DNA of 64,000 nucleotides from Lepidodermella squamata (lineage: Eukaryota; Animalia; Gastrotricha), in the NCBI GenBank assembly GCA_047495785.1, contig JBLDXI010000007.1, positions 2,356,001 through 2,420,000 on the forward strand, in the 5' to 3' direction. The notes beneath the pieces are model-generated. The model ran no database searches. It was given only the letters and a program-made list of their open reading frames with translations, and was not told where the DNA came from. Of the stretch, positions 1 through 11,018 are shown piece by piece; within the stretch, counting starts at the first letter, position 1, and every line of letters begins with the position of its first letter. Both the position numbers and the translations under genes were made by a program.

Positions 1-368
1 TCCCGAAAAAACAGCCAAAGCCTTTCCCACATCTCGAAGACGTCTCTTATACGGTAAAAATTGTCATATTATTTAATCAATTTTTTAGGTATTTTTTTTA
101 ATTATTTTTCTAGCGCTATCCTCGACCTCGTACTCCGTACTCTCGGTACTTGGAGAAAGTTGCGACCGAGCTTCAATTACCCGGCCCGTTCGACGAGCAG
201 GACGATAACGCACGTGTGTTAGTTGAGATTGAAGCGAGGTTGCGGCGGCAAAAAACTGAAATAATGGCGGCGACGCGCATCGAACGGCGCCGGGCCGCTC
301 GTGAAGTGCGCGATGTTGGCGATGACGACGACCTTACATCCCAATCCACACCCGTGTCGAGAAACTAA
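1..368 (+). CDS. 3' end of an unknown protein-coding gene (last two exons)
   Basis: Donor GTAAAA at 54 and acceptor TTTTCTAG ending at 113 give an exon 114-368 in frame with ORF 150..368. No recognisable domain. Confidence 0.5.
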
Positions 369-916
369 AATAGCCTAATTACAAATTTTAATGTACAAAA
401 AAATATCGAAAAATCAGTAAAATGGAACAGAGAAATCAAACTGTCTGGGAAAAAGTTTGAGGAGCGCAAATAAAAAAACCATAAAAATCAGAAAAGATTA
501 AGGAAACTAGCCAAACTTAGTAAACTGAGTCTTTTATTCGTTGCAATTAAGTAATTAATTCTTAATTTGTTTAATATCGTGCAGAAAGGCATAATATATA
601 TCGAGTTAATTATCGGCTAAATTAAGGTTTCCAGCACTTTCAAGGTTTCCAATCCTTGTTAGACCCCATCAAGTATAATTTAAAACTTTTTTTGAAAATT
701 CAAAAAGTAATTTGAAAAAATTTAAATTTGAAATCATTTGCGATTTTGGGATATCTGAAAAATCGGAATATTTTAAGAATTTCTGGACTCAAAGTGTCCG
801 AAATCCCGAGCATTTCGAAAAATTGAGTGCTGATACCTTAATTTTTATAGTGAAATAAAATGTATTGACAGTTTTATGATGACACCAAAGGCTAATTGCT
901 GTCGGCTAATAATGTG

Positions 917-1201
917 TCATTTTTTATGCGTTGCCTGATGATGTTGAGACAGTTCGTTGCGGTACTTGACCTTGCAGCAACAGTCAATTGAGCAATTGCA
1001 CGCATCGTTCGCACATTTGCAATTATTGGCCGAGCAACAGCAATGGCAGTTCAGCTGATCGTCCGATTTGCTTTTCGACATTTTCCGACTCAGCCGGCGT
1101 TCCAGCCTAGGGCTGTATGCTGCTTTCGGGTGGTCCTTTGGCGCAAGTTTTACGCAACACGTAGAAATACCGTTGGCGCAAGTTTCACATTCGCACGGCA
1201 T
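917..1201 (-). CDS. Metallothionein-like Cys-rich protein
   Basis: From ATG 1201: MPCECETC...TCC, a Cys-free spacer, then CHCCC, CKC, CNC and CCC motifs, and a His-containing tail. Confidence 0.6.
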   Translation of the reverse strand: MPCECETCANGISTCCVKLAPKDHPKAAYSPRLERRLSRKMSKSKSDDQLNCHCCCSANNCKCANDACNCSIDCCCKVKYRNELSQHHQATHKK

Positions 1202-2080
1202 GTTCTCGTTAGGATTTTGGCAGAAATTCAAAAAAATAATAAAAACGGATAGGTTGTGAGAAATTGTTAAAATAATATTATATTATCAACAGAGTTATTT
1301 TAATGATTTTCACTTGAGGTAATCGCTTCTTTTAAGATTATAATGTAAAATCTCTCAAGTTCAAGTATGATGGTTATATTTTGACGTAGTAATTAGAACC
1401 GGCACAATTTCGATTTTTATCCATTCCAGCGCTTGAAACCGCGTTCATTTCATTAATTGTCGGAGGTAGCCAAGATTCGGATGATGAATCTCCGTTTGAA
1501 TAACAATTCTTTGCATCGCTATTGATTTTCGAAGAGGGTATCAGCTTCAGATAGCGAAATACACTGCTTTCTTGCCTCGTGTGATGTAAAAGCGGAATTT
1601 TATCCATTGTGAAAATTGTTAAAATATTGTTTGAATATTTCGGCATTTAAAATCAAACATCAGCTTTTGCGGTTTTATAGACACCTCGCCGGCGTTTATA
1701 TATGTAGAGGTCTGGCAAGTAAAACATCATCACGTGATCCTTCGGCCCAGTCCGTCATGTAAACACGGCTGTAAGCATGTAGTGATTAGCTTATATAATA
1801 ATAATAAAAACGTCGGTCAGGTGAGCGCAGAAAAAAACGAGACGCACGTGATAAGGTGAGTGCTAAATAACATCGGAAAAAAAATTAGAAAAAACATCAC
1901 CTATCAACGCTCAGGAAATTTTCATTGATTGTCAAAAAATTACAGTAAATTCGAAGTAAAATATTTTTGTAATTTTCCGATAAGATTTGAAACGTAACAA
2001 GTTACTGACCCAGTCTAGTTACTTAGCCCAGAATAATTTTGAGAAAATCTTTGATTTTTTTCCCTATTGACACGCGCTAC

Positions 2081-2278
2081 TTTGATAGAGAAAAAATTGA
2101 GGAGCAAGAATTCGAAAACCCTATATTTTTACCCCTTTCGGTTACGGAGAAAGTCCAGTGTCAAGTTGGTCACGTGACCTTACCTGGTGTCACACCTGAG
2201 TGATTATCTCGAGTATGGTGATAGATAGGAAGCCGCTCTCAAAGAAACATCATCAGCGTGATGAGATCTACCTAGAAA
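2081..2278. repeat. Dispersed repeat, copy 1 (copy 2 at ~12731-12928)
   Basis: Shared blocks GGTCACGTGACCT, TCACACCTGAG-GATTATCTCGAG and TAGGAAGCCGCTCTCAAAG occur in the same order in both copies. Confidence 0.75.
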
Positions 2279-5175
2279 GGCGTTCAGTTTGGTCACAGGT
2301 GATGGGGCACAATCGCACAATGACACTTTGGTGACAGTCCCAAAAACGGGTCCTAGCTCATCACCAAGCCGACGAAACACTGGTCATTTATCCTTTTTCA
2401 CCGAATATAAACGACTTCCCAGCGTGTATTTATGTCTTTTAGACACCCTACGGTTGTAGTCACCCAACAGGATTTTTTTGAACCTTTGGACTTCAATTGG
2501 ATAAAATTCAATTCGAAATCGCTAATATTCTTGTTTAATCCGATGAGACCATGGTTTTTATTCAAAATAATTAATATTTGATATATTTATTATCTTTAGC
2601 CGTAAATTGAGGTTTAAGGCAACACCAACGTATATCCTGCCGTACAACTAAATACCGCGAAAAATCGATAAAGAACAGCAAAACTGCATGTATAGCTCAA
2701 ATATTTAATAAAATAAGAATTTACGCGATTTATTTCGCGTCGGACAGTGGTCATTCAATGGGCTCAAATATATAAGACTGTCACCTTGCCTCAGTCAGTC
2801 ATAATAAACAATGTTGTATCGTTATTATTATTATTTGCTACAAATAATATGGATCGCGCGCATTTTGCGGGCATATTTTATTACACGGTGATTGATTCAT
2901 GCGCGCACACACGCGCCTCAAATGTTTGTAAAATTTAGCCCTGCATGATAAAATCATGGTTTTCGTAATAATATAACTGCTAGGTATTATATACGAGCGT
3001 CAATACTACGGATATACATGTCAAACAAAAGCCGGAATATATTTACAAACAAAACGGCGAACAATAGCAGCTGGGTTGATTTCACCTCAAGCTATATCGA
3101 TCAGCATTTTGTTACTCATATTTTTGAGCTCCAGTAAAAACCGCCATTCATACCAGGTTTTATTCAGGTCAAGGTGCGGTCCTCTTAATTTGTCAAAAAC
3201 ACGACCCGCTTCACACTTCAGGCTCATTTTCGGCGCCTTTTGACGCGCCACGCCCTTTACCTAGAGTCAATCGAGATTTCGAGTTATTTTTATAAATTGA
3301 CCAACAATTTCTATACAGGCGGCACGCGTACAACAACAAATTATGTTGGTCAAGAGTAATTTTTCGCTGCACCTTTGTTTTGCAGAATTTTTTAGAATTT
3401 TCATTTGCATTTCTCCGAATTTTTTTACTCGTGTTGGTGTCATTTAGCTAAATATTTTTATTACCATTTTGTTTACAACCAGCGCTGAAAAATGGCGGCA
3501 ACAAATGAGCGTTTTGTAGACACGAGAACCAGCCGCAGTTTGTGTTTAGTAATCATAAACATATTTCGCCTTTTTATACGTTACGTTATATACGCGAGAA
3601 ACATTTTTATTATTAAGGATGACCTTTTATTTTATTGCGTGCGCGCTTTGTTAGAATTTGACACTTTCGCGAGTCACGAGTGAACATTATCATCGACTGG
3701 CTGGCGACGTGATGAGACACGTTCAAAGTATACTCGGCAACTCAGGTGTTGTTTTCAGCCTGCCTATAAAGTTTCATAACGCGCTTGGATACATAATATT
3801 ATTCGCATTTAGATGCCTTTTAGATTTTACTGGTCAGATAAGACTTTTAGCTCGCTAAATGGCTAAACATTCGGCCCGCGCCGCCATATTAGTGTCACAT
3901 CGTTATTTGACCTTTTATATTGCCTGCTACTCGTCTGGCACCTTTATGATGGCTCATCCAAAGTATCATTATTACTATTATTATTGCTGTTCTATGCTAA
4001 TGAGCAGTTGTAATAATAACAAACACCGACACACAATAAAACAAAACGCGCGCTTGTTTAGTGATGGGCCTAAATTGCTAAACTAAACACTGCATTTAAC
4101 GCGCGTAACACAAAACGCGCAAAATATATTTTTTACTAATTTTTGAAAATATTCTATAATTTTGGGAAATTATTTTCTCAACTGTTTTTCATTGCGAGAG
4201 AATTCTTTCATCCTTAGCAACCGTTGCTAGGGTGTTAGCGTCCTAGGCACGGCTTCCTTGTTTAACGTTGTCATTATAGTATTTTACCATTCAAGCGTGA
4301 TAGATCGCGACTTGAGGCGAAGGGTCTGACGAAGGAACACAGCTTCATCCTCTATGAGAACAACCCACCATTATTGTTGACGCAGCCACTTGTGGGCGAC
4401 GCCATGATAATAATAATAGTTCATGGTCACCGCTCTCATTCATTCACATCTCATTTTTCGCCATTTCACGCGTGCCATCAGCGTGTATGCTCAGGTTCCA
4501 GCAGGTCCCGGCTAAAATAATGTCTCACATAAGTATAATGTGGAAAAATAAGAGATGAGCCTTATCTATGTCTCATCATTATATTCATAGCCTCATCATC
4601 TCGTGTGTATTTATGATGGTACCTGTTTAATGTTAAACACCAGGCTATGCATGTGAATCCATACGCAGAAAATATAACCATAAAAGTGGCCTTTATTCCC
4701 AGGCAACTGCGTAAATGCTATCATTTTGTGTCAACAAAATTAGCTTACAAAATTTCATCATCCACCTTAATAATATTCCATCCTATACGTTCCATTCGGA
4801 ATTTCTAACTAATTGCCGAATTTTTTCCTACTTTCTATGGAATTTCCAGGCTGATGTATAATTCTGCATGAAGTGATTTGATCAGTTAAATATTATTACC
4901 GATTTTTATGAATTGCAAAATTCCGAGGCACTTTCGCAATATATTTTTTTGAAATTTTCAATTTTTTGTAACTATTTTCCTCGCCTTTAGAGCTACAATT
5001 CAACACCGCTTATCGGTATCTTTTTCTTATTTTATGACCCAGATTTGGCTGCGTGACCTCTATTCGATGAAAGTGGGTCATTCTTAAATCAAACTCATTA
5101 TTGCTTTCTCTTTTATGTAGGTCACTGTATCAATAATAATGGATTGAGCTCAATTTTAATCGTTATTTTTACAAA

Positions 5176-5745
5176 ATGACGACGCCATCTTACGGTTTTC
5201 TGACCTCGACCCAAGTCGACCAGCCCATCGGGTCCGGCAAGGCGCCCCAAGTATTCGTCACATCGGCTACAACAACTTCGGCTCAAAATCAAACTAACCA
5301 GCCTTCAGAAATCAAAACTTTAGATAATGATGATAAACAGGGCGTTGCAATTAACAACGTGCCGCAGCTATTCTTTCAGCCAAACGCAACATCCGAAGTT
5401 CCGATGGTGATAAATGCGGGCGGTTATCTACCCGTCGACGAGCAGCAAACCGCAGCGTTGGAGGAGTTCAAAACTCCCGAAAAATCGCCGGGGTGCCTGA
5501 GAAATTTCGCGAAATTCATCTCTGTTGCCTCGCTGTTTTTCGGCTCGTTCTGGTTCGCGATCCCAGCGATTATTTTCGCGTACAACTGCGAGCATTGGGC
5601 GTTTCACACGTTGGCAATTCTCCTGGCGAGTCTATCTATCGCAACGGCAGTAGCCATAATTTATTTCGCGATTTCTTGCACGAAAGAACAGTGCAAATCT
5701 GGCGATTTAGTAATATGCTGCCTATTTTGCTGCATTAAATATTAG
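5176..5745 (+). CDS. Small two-TM membrane protein with Cys-rich tail (CD225/dispanin-like topology)
   Basis: 189-aa ORF with a low-complexity P/Q/T N-terminus, two hydrophobic segments and a CCLFCC tail. Family assignment is tentative. Confidence 0.55.
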   Translation: MTTPSYGFLTSTQVDQPIGSGKAPQVFVTSATTTSAQNQTNQPSEIKTLDNDDKQGVAINNVPQLFFQPNATSEVPMVINAGGYLPVDEQQTAALEEFKTPEKSPGCLRNFAKFISVASLFFGSFWFAIPAIIFAYNCEHWAFHTLAILLASLSIATAVAIIYFAISCTKEQCKSGDLVICCLFCCIKY

Positions 5746-6555
5746 GCCATGTTGCAGTTATAATTCAACACAAGCAGTGTCAATTGTACCTCAGCTACCA
5801 AATCAGTGAAACTGATACATTTTTTTAATAAAAAAGATCGGACGGAAAGCTTTCAAGCGGTTGGTTGAATAATTGTGATTTTTTAATGTGAAATTATGAA
5901 ACTTTAAACGAATGAGCCTTCAATTAAGTTCAACTTCCTCAAAAAATGAATTTTCTTCCAACCTCAAATTTTCCAAATTTTGGGTTCTGAAGCTCGAATT
6001 TTACTGAAAATATTGATAGGTAAGTTGGGAAATTTTCCTGAATTTTTGTCTGACAGTTTAGCCTCGTGTCCACTTGCTGCAGGTGGCGAGAAGTTAAAAA
6101 ATATTTCGAACTGCATCAACAGTTTTTCAGGATGATGGGTGCAGATTCAGTCGGCGAAAAAAAGAATTTCTTGCAATTATTACAGCGGTCAAATCGGCTC
6201 CTTTTTTGTCGAGCGGTCCTCATTTTCGGAATCGAAGTTTCAGACTAAATTTTGGGCCAAAATATTTATTCGCGAAGGTGGTTCGATTGTTATGATTTTT
6301 GTTCAAGATTCAATCTCGGCGTAACCATGGAAATCAATTGTTTCATTATATTGGTTGAGGGTATTTAGCTTTGTTTCTTATAATTACCCCCTTTTTGTGT
6401 TAATTATTAGCGCGTGAAATCGGACGCTATATCAAACAAAAGCCCGCGAGCAAGGCGTTAAAATCAAGTCCCTATTGTTTCCGCATCACAATTTCCTCAC
6501 AAATCAGCAAAATCACTCATTTTCTCAACATTATTTCATCATTATTTTATGCAAA

Positions 6556-9500
6556 ATGCGTTTCAAATTTTTGATATGGCTCATAATTTTTTGCTTCATC
6601 GACAGCGGTTTTTGCGGCCGAAATGTCGGGCTGCGGCCGCGGCGTCGCATGGCCACGTGCCCGTTGCCCAACATCCAACAGGGTACAATTCGACTGCAAC
6701 ACGGGTCGAATTTCAACAACTCAATCTCCAGCCGAAATTCAGTCAAACCCGGCACAGTTTTGGTTTTACTCTGCGATAAAGGCTACTCGATTGGCCGAAA
6801 TGAGGCGAATTCAACGATTTGCCTTATCAATGGCCGCTGGTCGAATTTATTAGGCAAATGTGCGATGCGGCATCATGACCCACTTCCGGACGGCGCCTGT
6901 GTCCTGCCGCAGCCGTGTCGAAACGGCCATTTAGACACGTTGTCGGCTGAATTTTTGACCATCAATTCGTCGCGCCGTCGTAGCAGTGATGACATTCTAG
7001 TTGCGCCTGGTTCTCATATCAAAATGACGTGTGATGCCGGGTCGGATTTGATTTTGACTTTTGGAGCCAGTGAAAGTGTTTGCCTGTGGAATGGAACTTG
7101 GTCGAATGAACTCGGCATTTGTCTGCCAAAATCCACACGTAAGTAAAATAAAAAATTATAGGCATAGCTCGAAAATGCATTTAATATTTAAAATCATGTA
7201 CAAATTGCATACAAAATTTTGAAATAATATTAAGGAGGAATTTTCAAACTTGAACAATTTTTCTGCGTGAATTCTTGGACAAGCAGAGTGGCGCAGTGGA
7301 AGCGCGCTGGGCCCATAACCCAGAGGTCTGTAGATCGAAACTACGCTCTGCTAACTGTCAATGTTTTTTTTCTAATCTCGCACCACAAAAAAATGATTAT
7401 GCAAATGAGCGCGAATTAATGGTTGTGTCTGGCTGTTGAATAGGGTCGAATGGCTAAATCTATTGCCACTAAACTTACCTGGCACTGGGATGAACCGAGA
7501 TCAACAAGTCGGTCGCCCCAGGGCGAGGCGGGCCATTGCACTTCGGTCCGCTGACCCCTGCGCTCTGCCTCATCGGTGGAGTCGGGTGCAAAATATTTCA
7601 CTTGGGTATCGGCGTTCGCGCCACACCCGTAAGGAAACTAAACAAATTCCTATTACTAACGACCGAGTACCGAGTCACACCGCTTTGTCAATTTTAACTT
7701 TGACAAGTGATCATTTCGATGTAATTATGGCAACATCGAATGAATTTCGAATTTTTTATTGGAATTTAAAAATAAAATTGGGTAATAAAAAAACTCTGAG
7801 AAACTCTGATTGAAGCGAAAATTCGATCTAAATTTGGTTAATGATTCGAACAAAATAAGATGAAAAATTAGGGTGAGAACAATGAAACTTGAGTTTGGAT
7901 CCATAATGAATTCTGCGTGAATTTCTTTTTATTTTCTGTAATAAATCTATCGGATTTTTTAAAAAGAACAAGGTAGCGTGGCCGAGTGGTCTAAGGCGCT
8001 AGATTTAGGCTCTAGTCTCTTCGGAGGCGTGGGTTCGAACCCCACCGCTGCCATTATTTTTAGCAATATGAAAACCAGTTTATTAGGACAAAGTTCCGTT
8101 TTCCCATTTTAAAAATTTATAATATTGAAAATTAAGTATGGAATTTTTTTGTAAACTTTTATTTTTCAGCGATTGGTTCGTGTCTCGTACCGGACGGGAT
8201 CGAAAACGGGCAGATAGTTGTTGGAACCCTGGACAAGTCGAACGTAACATCCCTGACAGCTATCTTCGCAGCTCACAACGAAAGAATATCACTGAAATGC
8301 AATTTTGGCTTCGAGCCAAACGGGCTTTCCTACGCAATATGCGGCAAATACGGCTGGACGAACGAGCTAGGAAAGTGCCAACCTAAAGGCTCAGCCGCCT
8401 CTACAAAAAAATCGAACGAAAACTCCGAAACCATCCAGTCGCGGTTCAGCTCGACTGAATGTGGCGTTAGCGACGTTATCCATTTTAATTTAAATATGGA
8501 TGGCGAAGGTGAAGTCGCAAATCTACGGGAAGTGACAACAGCCGAGCCGCATGAATTCCCTTGGATGGCTAAACTGGAAATTATGTTCGAGGGCGATCCA
8601 GAATTTCGGCGATGCGGCGGCACTTTGATCCATCGCCGCTTCATATTAACCGCCGCTCATTGTGTCACCCTGGGCCCTATAGTTGCGATTCAGGTCTATT
8701 TAGGCCGGCATAACATGTCCCTCCCTAGCGAATTAGGTCAAGAGCGGCAGCTGGTTAACGCACAACGGGTTTTTATTCACCCTGATTTTAAATTCGATGA
8801 GATGGAATTCGATTTCGCCCTTATTGAACTCAATACGCCTGTGTTTTTTCGGAGGCAGATTCGGGCGATTTGTCTGCCTGATGGGAAAATGTTTCAGTGT
8901 GATGGTGGGCTGAATGGGACACTCGATGCGAATGATTTGAGGCTGGCTATACCTGGAGTCGATTCTTGCAGCCATTTCGTATCGGCCGGTTGGGGAATCA
9001 CAAAAAGTGAGGCAAAATTTTCAATCAAACAATTTAATTAAGGAGGCATTTTTCTATGAAAATTTTAAATTTTGTTTCCAAAATTTAGATATCGGGAACA
9101 CGGAATCGGATATTATGAAGCGATTTGAACTTCGTTATTTGCCATACTCTGATTGTCAAACGCGTTACAAGGACGTGGGCATCAAAATCACTGATGCGGA
9201 AATTTGCGCTCAACCCGTCACGCATGACAGCCCGGATACATGCGAAGGCGATAGGTAAACAACTGTCATTTTGTGAATTTAAATTCAAATATTTCGAGTC
9301 TGGTAGTTGCTGGATCCCTAATTAATATTTTCCTGGTTCCTTTCCAGAAATTCAGGATATCAAAGGCTAGACAATTTTATTCCTGATGGCATTAGCATAT
9401 TAATCATATTAATCATAAAAAAAATTCAAAACTTTTGCGTGATTTTCTACATAAGGCCTCATCATGCATAATTATGAGAATAAGGCATAATAATGATTTT

Positions 9501-9982
9501 AAAATAAAATTATTCCAAAAAAGATTTGGTGCACAGGTAACTTACGGTTCCGCTGAAAGATATCCTGCTAGTATTCCAAACTATTGATTTTTTTCTTTTC
9601 CTAGCGGCGGGCCTCTGATTTGCTACCAAGATGGCCGTGCTTACGTTGTTGGGTAAGTTAATTTATTCATTTTCCGCAATTTTTTGAACAATTCATCTTT
9701 AGCGTGACCTCATTTGGATCGGCTTCATGCGGCGATACCGATCGACCCGGAGTTTACAGCCGGGTTTGCCGAGTTATGCCGTGGATTAGGGCAGTTCTCA
9801 ATGGGATACACGGCTTCGATCTGCCACTGGAACGACCAAGCCGCGAAGCACTGGCTCGCCTAGCCTCATCGATGGCACTGACCGCAAAGCCGCAGAGCTT
9901 CAAAAATGACACCGCTACTAATAGGAAAATATCGTTGTACCTCGATCACAAAATGCCGAGCGCTGATTTATCGGAAAAATGA
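6556..9982 (+). CDS. Secreted 3xCCP(Sushi) + trypsin-like S1 serine protease
   Basis: Exons 6556-7138, 8170-9006, 9089-9254, 9605-9652, 9703-9982, all GT-AG and phase-compatible. Signal peptide, three C..C..W..C modules, TAAHC, DFAL and GDSGGP (split by an intron). Asp in DTCEGDS implies trypsin-type specificity. Confidence 0.9.
7282..7353 (+). tRNA. tRNA-iMet: Initiator tRNA-Met (CAT), in intron 1 of the protease gene
   Basis: AGCAGAGTGGCGCAG...CCCATAA...GATCGAAAC...CTCTGCTA: A1-U72 pair, three G-C anticodon-stem pairs, ATCG T-loop. A T-run terminator follows. Confidence 0.97.
7374..7470 (+). promoter_or_regulatory. Putative U1 promoter with octamer ATGCAAAT (7399-7406)
   Basis: The blocks TCTCGCACCAC, TGATTATGCAAATGA and GTCGAATGGCTAAATCTATTGCCACT are conserved in the second copy (56219-56313) while intervening bases diverge. 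Confidence 0.55.
7471..7629 (+). ncRNA. U1: U1 spliceosomal snRNA (atypical Sm site)
   Basis: 5' AAACTTACCTGG, SL1 loop GATCAACAAG (U1-70K site), SL2 loop ATTGCAC (U1A site), SL3, closing helix GCACT/GGTGC, and SL4 with GGCG-TTCG-CGCC. Confidence 0.93.
7972..8053 (+). tRNA. tRNA-Leu: tRNA-Leu (TAG), intronic
   Basis: 82-nt cloverleaf with anticodon arm CTAGA-TTTAGGC-TCTAG, long variable arm and GGTTCGAACC B box. Confidence 0.97.
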
Positions 9983-11018
9983 GCGTGTCAATCGAACATT
10001 TAATTTGTCAACAATAGAGTCGCATCTTGAACGGCTGTTTGCAAGCTAAAATTAATCTCAATAAAACAAACAGTGCGCGATGAGAGCGCGAATTATCACA
10101 TCACAACAGGTATTACATTAACTACCTGTGAGTAACAATTTATTGTTTGCCAGATAAATTCAGGAAAAGCAAATACAGTAGTAAGATTATAAAGCTATAA
10201 AGTGGCGCGTTTTAAGTGTCGCGCTACATTCCTGCATAATATGTGCATCTTTTCGCTCGCAAATTTTTTAACGCGCGCGCGTCACAAGAAGTGTGCCGCG
10301 TGCGCGCGCAAATTGCAATGTGCGTGCGTTGCGCACTTTTATTATATATGCGCGCGCGCGTTGTGAGAAAAGCAGCGCGCTCATTGCGCATATGCGCGCG
10401 CGCGTAACGGGACTAGTTTTTAGCGGAATTTGCCAATTTTGAAAAATTAGCCTTATATTTCCATTGCAGCTTTGATATATTATTAGACATGCGCGCTGTG
10501 GAATATTTTCTCGAAAATATTAATAAATAATTTATTTGCTAAAACACAGTCATTAGCCGCAAACGGTGCGCGCAAAAGTAGCGCTCGGCCAAGGAAAAAG
10601 AATAAAATAAACAAATTTTCTTATTACAGCGATGATGTTTTGCGGGCCTGTATACAACAATAACAACACTGTATTCCTCTATATACCTCGAGACACGACT
10701 TACATATATAAGTGTTAAGCAAAAAACATATCGCCTTGATCTAGCGGCGCTCGTTGGCTCTCGCTTCAAGAGGGAATAGTAAAAAAATAACATCGGTAAT
10801 TACCTCGAATAACACCGGCTTATCACGCGCTTCTAATCATCTCGCATAAAAATGATAGTGGAAAACAAGCCTACTTCTTTTAATTGCAATATAATTTCGC
10901 AATTCAAATTATAAATGAATTTAGATCTCTGTTTATTACCTCTACAAAATTGTTTGTTATTGACCGTTTAATATTTTTTTTAGAAATTTAGTATATTAGC
11001 GCAAATCTCGCAAATGCA

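Noticed and set aside
4325-4370. CTGACGA as a hammerhead ribozyme core
   Set aside because: No correctly placed GAAA or three-stem junction.
7416-7813. ORFs 7416..7601 and 7436..7813 (also 56202..56402 and 57362..57559)
   Set aside because: They overlap U1 snRNA sequence, which explains their shared peptide text.
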